A DNA stretch of 63,235 nucleotides, the filler included, from Vannella sp. (Eukaryota), in assembly GCA_023345925.1 (NCBI GenBank). It is 7 parts of 7 records of this genome, joined end to end, with 100 filler letters (N's around TTAATTAATTAA, not from the genome) between each part and the next. Parts side by side here need not be neighbours in the genome. Positions count along the whole stretch, not along the records: positions 1 to 7,723 come from JAJQQN010000662.1; positions 7,824 to 14,481 come from JAJQQN010000200.1; 5 more parts are not named here. One strand, written 5' to 3'. Position 1 is the stretch's first letter. Each line of letters opens with the position of its first letter. Under the pieces are notes generated by a model, which was not told the origin of the DNA, ran no database searches, and saw only the letters and a program-made list of their open reading frames with translations. Made by a program: the position numbers and the translations under genes. This document shows, one piece after another, positions 1 to 8,408 of this stretch.

Positions 1-206
1 TTTGCAGACTCATGTTGAGGGAAAGCTTCGCTTCATGAGCTTGGAGGCCGAGGCCTAGAGCCGGATAGCTGCGCCTGAGCACGGCAGTCTACCTACCGTC
101 GAACTGAGGCAAACAGAGGCTCTCCTGAGACCCACGAAAATTTTCGTCAAATCCGGCGTCCCTCGAGGCAACGGGTCCCGCTTATTCTCCGTAACTGAAG
201 GACTCG

Positions 207-2300
207 ATGGCATCTGCTGTCATCTCTAATACCACTGTTGTCCTTCTGGTGAGTGATTTGGATCTCTCTTCGTTACTGAATCATTTGTTAGGCGGACATG
301 TGCGCCACCTTTGGGTGGTGTATCTCCAATGCTACTGTTGTCTTTCTGGTGGGAGATCTCTTCATCTCTTGTCTCGTTACTGAATCATTTGTTAGTCCTT
401 CATGTGCGCTGCCTTAGGGTGGGCGTACAACGCGAGAGGCGAAACAACAAACACAAACCTCTCGCGCATGAAGCAGACCGAGCGCCAATCAACGGTGGAG
501 AAATGGAAGCTTAATGTTCTCATTCCTGGAAACAACAAACACAAAACTCTCGCGTTGAAGCGTGAGATCCTTTACACGGAACAGATGGTGATGTTCCTCG
601 AATTGCTGAGGGAGGCTTTGTTCGAAGCGGCTCCCCTGGACCTTGCCACCATTCACTACCTGGAAGCAAGCACTGGAGAGTATTTCCCCTTGGAGGATCT
701 CAAATCGCTGAAAGACGAGAAACTGAAGTGCATCCTCGTCAACCGACTCGAACCAAACCAAACGATCACGCCAATGCCCCAACACTCTCAAATGAGCCTC
801 CCCTGGATCGAGAGAAATGTCCAATCAACGGTGGAGAAATGGATCCGAACGCCCTCCGCAGTGGTTCTCATCCGTGGTCATCGTCGTGTTGGCAAATCTA
901 GCACAGTTATGAAGGTTGCTTATCGCCTTGGCCTCAATATCATTCGAATTTTCGTTCGAAGTGGCGTCAACGATCTACTGTCTGAGGTATCAAGGGCGGC
1001 TGCTTCGGTAAATCTGGAGAATGTTGAGTTGGACGCCGTCTATCAGGTGGGTGAGTTTGTGTCCCGTCTTGTAATTGGCGGGCGGATAGTGGTGTTAGAG
1101 GAGATACAAAATGCGTCATCCACTTTGCAAGTCGCCCTACAAAGAGCTATCGACGACATTGCACTTCACCAAAAACTCCATCCCAAAACTGCCTGCCGGG
1201 GAGGAGCATTGTTCCTAATGGGATCGCTACCTGGAAGAGTGGATGAAATGTTTGAAAGTCGTGTCTCCGCGCTGTATCAACGCGTGCTGGCTAAGATCAC
1301 TATACTCTCCTTTGATACCCAGGAACTTTGTTCCCTTTTCAAACAGTTTCAGTTGAACTTGAGCCCCAGCAAGATGCTGACTATCAGAACTGTCCTGGGT
1401 GGAAAGCCTTATCTCTACGAGATGGCAGCGAGAGCAGATTTGCTTACGGAATTCAGTCGGGAAAAGCTTATCAAAGAGTTCACCGCCTCCGAGCTGCAGC
1501 ACCTCACGAAAGACGCTTCGGCTTATTTCACTAATGATCTAGGGCCGAAGCTTGGTGGCGTCCTGAAGGCCCTCCTGTCCGAAAAGATCAAATCTAAGCA
1601 GATGGCAGCGGTGAAGAAATTCATCAAAGACAACGGCCATGAAGACAACGAGTACACCCTTGTCCACGAAGTTCTCTACCTGCGCTATGGAGTGGTCGCG
1701 CCAGCCTGGGAGACAAAAGGAGCAAATGCAATTTACGCCTATCACCCCAATGACCCTCTACTGAATCTATTGAGCCGTGCAGTGGATCATGTGAGGCGAG
1801 AAGATGTCAGCAGAGAATCGCTTGTGAGCACTGAGGACTTGGATTATTTGGAAGGTTTCGAGTTGGAGCGGTGGGTGAGAGAAATCATTCAAGATCGCCT
1901 GCTCCTAGGAATTCCTGCCTTCCCTGGAGAAAAGTTTCTTGACATCGGCAAAGTGGTGGTTGCGCCTCTGCTGAGTTGGAACGAGCCCATTGGCACTGAG
2001 ATCGACTTGTTGGCATCCTCTCTTAGCCGCAAGCTCCTAATTGTGGGTTCTTGCAAGCGCAGTTGCGACAAACATAGTGAATCTTGCCTGCAAAACGCGT
2101 GGAAGCGAGTTGAACAGTCACTTAAGGAAGGCAAATGCAAGGGCTTGGTGAGACACCTCCACCTGGATGACTTCTTCAAGTCCTCATGGAAGGTATCCTT
2201 TGTCCACATTTCCGGCAATTATGCCAAGCTAGTACATGAAACAGACCATTCCTACATCTCCCTGGGAGACCTTCTTGCAGATTTTTTCGGGAGCTCATAA
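207..2300 (+). CDS. Putative Ubl-header + STAND/AAA+ (archaeal ATPase-type) NTPase + PD-(D/E)xK nuclease (DUF234-like); Crinkler-like architecture
   Basis: ORF 402-2300: Walker A GHRRVGKS, Walker B VVLEEIQN, C-terminal nuclease-like EIDLLA...IVGSCK. Possible 5' exons 207-248 and 292-348 via introns 249-291 and 349-395, in frame with the ORF. Start uncertain. Confidence 0.75.
222..427 (+). repeat. ~100-bp tandem duplication (exon+intron unit)
   Basis: 222-321 and 322-427 share actgttgtc(c/t)ttctggtg, cgttactgaatcatttgttag and catgtgcgc. Confidence 0.85.
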
Positions 2301-2416
2301 TTCCACATTCACTCGGTTCCAAACTCGTGTTTGCGCTCTAATCAATATTCCATTCGAATAATAAAGGGAGAAATGGATGACATCAGGCGCAAGGGAGGTT
2401 GAGGGTTAGAGCCCGT

Positions 2417-2635
2417 GATTGGTTGGATTTGACCAATCGAACTTCTTCTTGCCCGGAATAGCTCGCCTTGCCCTGGGCACTTCCTCCTTCCTATTATATC
2501 ACTCCTCCGACCGAGATTGTCTTGGAAGATGAAAGTGTCGATTTTGGATCAAATCGGAAAATCGTATCCGAGCCATGATCTATTTTTGATTGGTCCATCC
2601 GTGCTGATGGGGAGGTGCTCCTTTTGGATAAAAGG
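2417..2635 (+). promoter_or_regulatory. CCAAT-box-rich histone promoter
   Basis: gattgg 2417, ccaatc 2433, gattgg 2588 and TATA-like gataaaa ~2627, upstream of the H3 ATG. Confidence 0.45.
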
Positions 2636-2676
2636 ATCTGCGCTTCGCCACGTGAGCATCATTATCATACCAACCA

Positions 2677-3084
2677 ATGGCCCGTACAAAGCAAACAGCT
2701 CGCAAGTCTACTGGAGGAAAGGCTCCACGCAAACATGTTGCCTCCAAGGGCGCTAAGAAGTCCGCCGCATCTGGTGGTGTCAAGAAGCCTCATCGTTACA
2801 GGCCCGGTACCGTTGCACTTCGCGAGATTCGCAAGTACCAAAAGTCCACTGACCTCCTCATCCGCAAGCTCCCCTTCCAACGTCTTGTTCGTGAGATTGC
2901 TCAAGATTACAAATCTGACCTTCGGTTCCAATCTGCCGCCGTCGCTGCGCTTCAAGAAGCTTCAGAGTCTTACCTCGTTGGTCTCTTCGAAGACACGAAC
3001 CTGTGCGCCATCCACGCGAAGCGAGTTACCATCATGACCAAGGACATCCAACTAGCTCGTCGCATCCGCGGAGAGCGAGCCTAA
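2677..3084 (+). CDS. H3: Histone H3 (divergent N-tail), intronless
   Basis: [19 protein letters not shown]...[16 protein letters not shown]...RIRGERA. Confidence 0.99.
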   Translation: MARTKQTARKSTGGKAPRKHVASKGAKKSAASGGVKKPHRYRPGTVALREIRKYQKSTDLLIRKLPFQRLVREIAQDYKSDLRFQSAAVAALQEASESYLVGLFEDTNLCAIHAKRVTIMTKDIQLARRIRGERA

Positions 3085-3184
3085 CAATTCCCCTTCTTTT
3101 GTATCATAAATTATTATTTTAATTGAAACAGATGCCATTGGACCTTGCATGGTTGGATTATGATTCTCTCGACAGTCGGAACAC

Positions 3185-3838
3185 ATGAGGCGCGCTGCCG
3201 TGTTTCTCTTTGTAGCCCTGAGCATCTCTTCCGCCTTTACGACGTGCACCCTTGGATCAATCACTGGATTCACATGTTCCACTTCTGTTTGCTCTGGATT
3301 GACTACCCAGCTCGCGGTCGAGCTCAAAAACATGGTCCCCAACTTTGTGAGCCTCAACTCGAGCATCTACTCCAATTCTGTTCTCTGCGCCCCTCCTTGC
3401 GAGCCTTACTTGCAGGGTAGCGCTGCAACTGCTCTCCTCCGTGCTGCCAAAAGCATGGGCGGCCTGATAACGTTGAGCTCTGCCTATCGAAGCTCCGCTC
3501 AGCAGTATCTCCTTTATCGTTGGTCCGCAAATGGGCAGTGCGGTATTGAGGACGCTGCCAGGCCTGGCCAATCTGACCACGAAGGAGCTCGCTCCGTTGA
3601 CATTGGCAACTACAGCTACTGGAGGAGCGCTCTGCAGGATAACGGTTGGACTTGGTATGGAACCAGTGATCCTTACCACTATGATTACTTCGGAGCCAAG
3701 AATCTCTCTACTGAATCTCTCAAGGCCTTCCAAACTCTTTGGAACCGCCACAACCCTTCCTCTCAGATTGATGTTGACGGACTTTACACTCCTGCCACTG
3801 AAAGCGCCCTTTCTCGCTCTCCTTGCAACGGTTGGTAA
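3185..3838 (+). CDS. Secreted M15-family (LAS) zinc peptidase with C-terminal peptidoglycan-binding domain
   Basis: Signal peptide; SAYRS..QQ.LY; SDHEGARSVD (SxHx6D); DPYH; PG-binding-like AFQTLWN...VDGLYTPATESAL; no introns. Confidence 0.85.
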   Translation: MRRAAVFLFVALSISSAFTTCTLGSITGFTCSTSVCSGLTTQLAVELKNMVPNFVSLNSSIYSNSVLCAPPCEPYLQGSAATALLRAAKSMGGLITLSSAYRSSAQQYLLYRWSANGQCGIEDAARPGQSDHEGARSVDIGNYSYWRSALQDNGWTWYGTSDPYHYDYFGAKNLSTESLKAFQTLWNRHNPSSQIDVDGLYTPATESALSRSPCNGW

Positions 3839-4175
3839 TACACTTGTTCTAGATAGATCCATTCATCACGATGGGAGAGAAGTCACGAGCGGAGAGTTGG
3901 ACTTCTGTGTGTTGTGCTTCAGTCCAAACACACAGAAGTTCAATCATCCTTGTTTGGACTGAAGCACAACACACAAAAGTCCAAAAGCTTATCCTGAAGA
4001 GATGGAGTCATCAGGGTCCAAAGCCCTTTTTCCTACCGATAGATAAAATTACATCATCAAGAAGCCTGGAAGACTGAGGGGAATTGAGGGAAGTTGGAAT
4101 GATGTCACCAGGAGATTTCCTAAAATGGAAAAACACAAGTCTACTTTCGCCTCATTCTTTCGCAGTCTCTCGTGA

Positions 4176-5771
4176 ATGGAGAACCTGTTTGAGGACGAGA
4201 TTTTCATTGGGGAACCGAAAGGAAGTGGGTCGTTGGCACCTGCATTAGAACTGGGGGCGGACTTTAACGAGATCTTCTCGTCTTCTCCTGACCAACCCAG
4301 CTTCTCTCCCTACTCCTCTGACTGTTCTCCTCCTCACTACTCCATTGGACAAGAGCCTTACATGATGGTTCCTCTTGATATGGAGGAAGGTACTTTCTTG
4401 TAAGTAACGTTTCTCATGTCCTTCAACTTCTGACCTGTTTGGCTCGCAGTGACAGCCTCGTAATGAACGCCGACTTCGTTTCCCAAACCCCTTATGTCAA
4501 GGAAGAGCAGTTCGGTGAGGATACCTCCAGCTTCACCTTTCAAAACCTCATTTCCCGTAGACGGCCTCACTGGAGTGGTTAGCTCCTTTACTCTCTCTCA
4601 GGAAGAGGAGTCCTTCATGAATCCACCGTTGAAGAAGGCAAAGCTCTCTGGAAAGAAAAGGACTCGTCAAGAAGCCTCCTCCGGCTCAGGTTCTAGTCTT
4701 CTGGATCTGAGCGCGGAGAACTTATCAACACTGACCAGCCTCAAGCTTGAGGAGATCGCACAGCAGCTGGCTGATACTCGCCCTCTCACTTCAGAAGAGG
4801 AGAAACACTTGAAACGCCAACGGCGCCTGATCAAGAACCGCGAATCAGCCCAACTCTCTCGTCAGAAGAGAAAGCAGTATGTGGAAGAGCTCGAGAGTCG
4901 TGTGAAGGCTCTGTTGAATGAAACAGAGCAACTTCGGTCCAAGGTACAAGAATCGAACCAGAAAACCCAGAAACTGGAGCAGCAAGTGGTCTATCTGCAG
5001 AGTTTGGTGAAGCAGGGACACACAGCAGTGTCCCAAGATACCAAGGGATTCAACAAGCACTCCACAGCGACTGCAGGTCTCTGCATGTTCGTCATTCTGT
5101 TTTCCTTTGGGCTATTCTTCACCGCCTCTCCGATCGCTGGTCCCCAGGCTGCTCTCGCTTTCAATCGTCCTCCAAGGTATGCTTCTAGTGGGCGCTTCAT
5201 TACAACTTCACTCACCTTCCTGTGTAGTGCCTACACTGGTCGAACTCTCGCTGGACTGCCTGCGATTGAAGCCCCGCCAGCCAAGGAGCTCACTGCGAAG
5301 CGCACCGCAGAAGAGGCCTCGGTTGAGTATCCCGCGCCAAAGCGAGCTCGCATCTCTGAAGAAAGCCAGGAAGTTTCCTGGCTCGGGAAGGAGGACGGTT
5401 GGGAGACTAGCCGATCAGCCAAGACTGTGACCTCCAATGGAGGTAAGACTTCTCAGTTGATCGTCCGCCCCCCTGGCTTTGTGAAGGAAAAGCCAACGAA
5501 CAGCACCTACATCTTCTGCTCTGAAGCCCACGAAGTCTCCAGTCCCATCGAACGCTCTGAACAAGGAAGTGCCTCCGTCATCACCCTCCTACTGCCAGCT
5601 TCTGCCTTGAACGGAAGCATTCCTGTCGAGAACTTTGTGGACGATCCTGAGAACTCCTTGTTCGAGGTCTCTTGCCAAGTGCTGAACATTGCAGTGTTCC
5701 CTTACTACCCAACAGTGGACCACCTTATCTCCAACCAGCAGCGACTCTCCAGCCAACAACGGCTGTTATGA
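4176..5771 (+). CDS. Membrane-tethered bZIP transcription factor (ATF6/CREB3-like)
   Basis: Basic region RQRRLIKNRESAQLSRQKRKQY plus zipper; TM GLCMFVILFSFGLFF; luminal GRTLA. Introns ~4400-4449, ~4515-4560, ~5177-5227. Confidence 0.9.
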
Positions 5772-5889
5772 AACGAGAACGGCGGATGACGAGGTCGTCC
5801 TCTGTACATTCCTCTTCCGTGGCCTTTGGCGGGGCTATCACGCACTATTTAATTGATTTCCGATAAACTTTCACTTTCCCATTCTTCTG

Positions 5890-6249
5890 ATGGGCGTGGA
5901 GAGGGAGCTTCTCTCTAAAGGGGACGGGAGCTCCTTCCCCTCGAAGGGGGACCATTTGACGATGCACTATGTGGGCACGTTGAAGGATGGAACTGTGTTT
6001 GATAGCTCACGCGCTCGAGGAAAGCCTCTGAACTTTATCATTGGAATCGGGGCGGTGATTCGAGGGTGGGACGAGGGTGTTATGCTCATGTCCCTGGGGG
6101 AGAAGGCGATTCTTCGGATTACTTCTGACTTTGCATACGGCTCACAACCACCAGAAGGGATCCCTGCAGATGCGGATATGGACTTTGAAGTAGAACTTCT
6201 CTCGATCAACGATAACTACCGCCCAGCTGGCTGCTGTCTACTCCAGTGA
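5890..6249 (+). CDS. FKBP12-type peptidyl-prolyl isomerase with C-terminal CCLLQ
   Basis: HYVGTL.DG..FDSSR.RG.P..F.IG...VIRGWDEG...AYG...IP...FEVELL. Confidence 0.95.
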   Translation: MGVERELLSKGDGSSFPSKGDHLTMHYVGTLKDGTVFDSSRARGKPLNFIIGIGAVIRGWDEGVMLMSLGEKAILRITSDFAYGSQPPEGIPADADMDFEVELLSINDNYRPAGCCLLQ

Positions 6250-6295
6250 ACGTCAGCTTGCATTAAACGTGTGTATAAATAGATTGCGTAGCCTT

Positions 6296-7723
6296 CTACA
6301 CCCTCCGTATGGCCCGAACTGGTCGTTGGAGGCCACGAGTGACTTGCGGTTTGGTGTCCTGCTTGTGGTACTTAAGGAAAGCCTTCCGAACAAAGTCTAA
6401 CCAATCTTTGGACTGCTGAGAGGAGTTGGGCGGCCTCAGGACGACCGAGATCCCTGGAAGAGGATGTGAGAAAGAAAATAGTTCCTCAAAGTGACTTACC
6501 GTGGTCACTGATACGAATGGAAGTCGGGGATGGAGTTTGGAATCGAACGCTGTCACTAGCAAAGCAGAAAAGAAGCCGGAATGATAAGTTGCGGCTCCCT
6601 CGAGTCGGAGAGATCCTTTTTCGAGCAAGAATGATTGCATCCGAAAACACTATGACTTGCCGAACCATGCCTCTTCCTTGGAACAGGACTTCCAATGGCC
6701 CTTGGCCGAAGTATTCTCTTCCATCAAAATCTCCTGCTTCGAAGAAGGCAAAGTTCGAGGGCAAGTCGTACATCTTTCGAGAAATCTGCATCAGATAGTG
6801 AATTCGTTCTACCCTCCGCTTCTCTTCGTTGATGTAGTGATTGACCTTCAACATCTCATCTAGAGCATCTTGCAATTGATAGAAGTCCCTATTTGTGGAT
6901 TAGATTGTCACTTGTCAAGATTCTGACTCACTCCGAGTTTGCTTCAGAAATCTTCAAGAACTCTTTCAGGAATAGCTCATACCGAGGAAGTCTCTGAACG
7001 GGCGCGATCATAAGACTCATTATATCCACATTTTTTGAAACAAAGGTTGACTGGCTCAGAGTCAGGCCAACAAACGAGGCATGGAGTGATAAAACTCACT
7101 TCTATAAAGGCTTGGAAAGTCTTGTCCTTTTCCATGGCGGTGAGAACATTGAGAGCGTCGTTGTAGTTGTTAATATAAGCTGAGTAGCAGCTCTTCAATT
7201 GAGGAGCCTGCAACTCCTGATTAGTTCTCCCAATCCTGCAGCATTCTCTGTTCTTACAAAGAGAATAAAAACGTCTCCAAAGAAAACCCAAGGCTGGCCT
7301 TTGCCCTTACTATGGAAAGCAGCCATCAGTTGGCAGTTGATTTCAATAATGAATTCGACATTGCAGAAGACTGTGCTGCATTGTTTCTCACTAGAGGACG
7401 TCAGTGAGTCTCCGAAAATTGATCTACTTACTTCATAAGGCGTTGCTGTTTGATAGGGAGCATATAAAAATTGACAAGACGCTCGAGGTTGCTGATATAA
7501 GTCTCCTCCGTATTGATCATCTCCTGAATTAGCATCCAGCGCCGTTTGCTGGATTTTTCTGCAGCTTAGTCAATAACCAAGTAAGCTTTGAATGGTCCAC
7601 CAACCGAGCGCTTCTCGTTGTTTCCTTGCCAAAAAAAGTCTCAAAATGGCTTGGAGGTGAATGATTTGTTCCAAATAGGAGAGCTCCTTCGCATGCCTTT
7701 TGGGAGCACCTTCTTTTGCTATT
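6296..7723 (-). CDS. RhoGEF (DH-PH), multi-exon, probably 5'-truncated at contig end
   Basis: Minus strand ~7550-7470 reads KRRWMLIQEMINTEETYISNLERLV; also YSAYINNYNDA, VNHYINEEKRRVE, then PH-like RQVIVFSDAIILA. Confidence 0.85.
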
Positions 7724-7823
7724 NNNNNNNNNNNNNNNNNNNNNNNNNNNNNNNNNNNNNNNNNNNNTTAATTAATTAANNNNNNNNNNNNNNNNNNNNN
7801 NNNNNNNNNNNNNNNNNNNNNNN
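7724..7823. other. Artificial contig linker
   Basis: 44 N + TTAATTAATTAA (stops in all six frames) + 44 N. Confidence 0.97.
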
Positions 7824-7825
7824 CT

Positions 7826-8017
7826 TTTTCCGAGAAGCCATTGTTTGGCTTCACTTCGGGCATGAAGTACGTTACCGCTCTTCATAGGATGTGCCAATAC
7901 TGTCGTATCATCCATCGTCGCCAAGCTATGTTCATCACCTGCCCCGCCAACCAGCGCCATAAGCAGAAGCAGCGCCGACGAGTGCCCTTCCGCGTTAACT
8001 TCAAGTTCAAGGCGTAA
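7826..8017 (+). CDS. MRPL36: Mitochondrial ribosomal protein bL36m, 5'-partial (not in ORF track)
   Basis: 7862-8017 reads MKYVTALHRMCQYCRIIHRRQAMFITCPANQRHKQKQ (CxxC..C..H and HKQxQ of bL36); frame open back to the gap. Confidence 0.85.
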   Translation, partial: FSEKPLFGFTSGMKYVTALHRMCQYCRIIHRRQAMFITCPANQRHKQKQRRRVPFRVNFKFKA

Positions 8018-8408
8018 CTTTGCCAAGAAGATCTCGGTTAACAGAACGTCCCTGGATCAACCCTCCTTCAATACTACCCTTTCCACCCCTCCTTTCTCCC
8101 CTTCCCTCCCCAAACATACGATCGAGAGGACCAGTTCCCACCCACCAGGCCGGAAAGGACCATCAGCTCCCCTATCTGGGTGTTCCAAACGTCAAGTAGA
8201 AGAGCTCAACCCTTCCAAGGGATCAAAAGGAAGGGAAGGCTCTTCCTACGACCGAAAGGTCTCGTCCCCACTCGCGGACTCAAAGTCAACATTTTGCATG
8301 TTTTGGAGTTGAAAATGGGTTCATCGGACCACGGACATGTCTCCAGAGGAGGGAATTCCGGTTTCCTAAAGGGGAATCAGCGTTTCTTGTCTATTCGCTT
8401 TTGCGCCC

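Noticed and set aside
1..58. Possible last exon of an upstream gene (THVEGKLRFMSLEAEA-stop)
   Set aside because: Too short to identify.
222..427. Direct repeats next to a nuclease gene as a CRISPR-like array
   Set aside because: Only two degenerate units with no unique spacers; explained by an exon-intron duplication.
7768..7779. TTAATTAATTAA repeated six times inside N runs
   Set aside because: Identical 100-nt constructs; these are artificial linkers, not biology. Cross-linker synteny was ignored.
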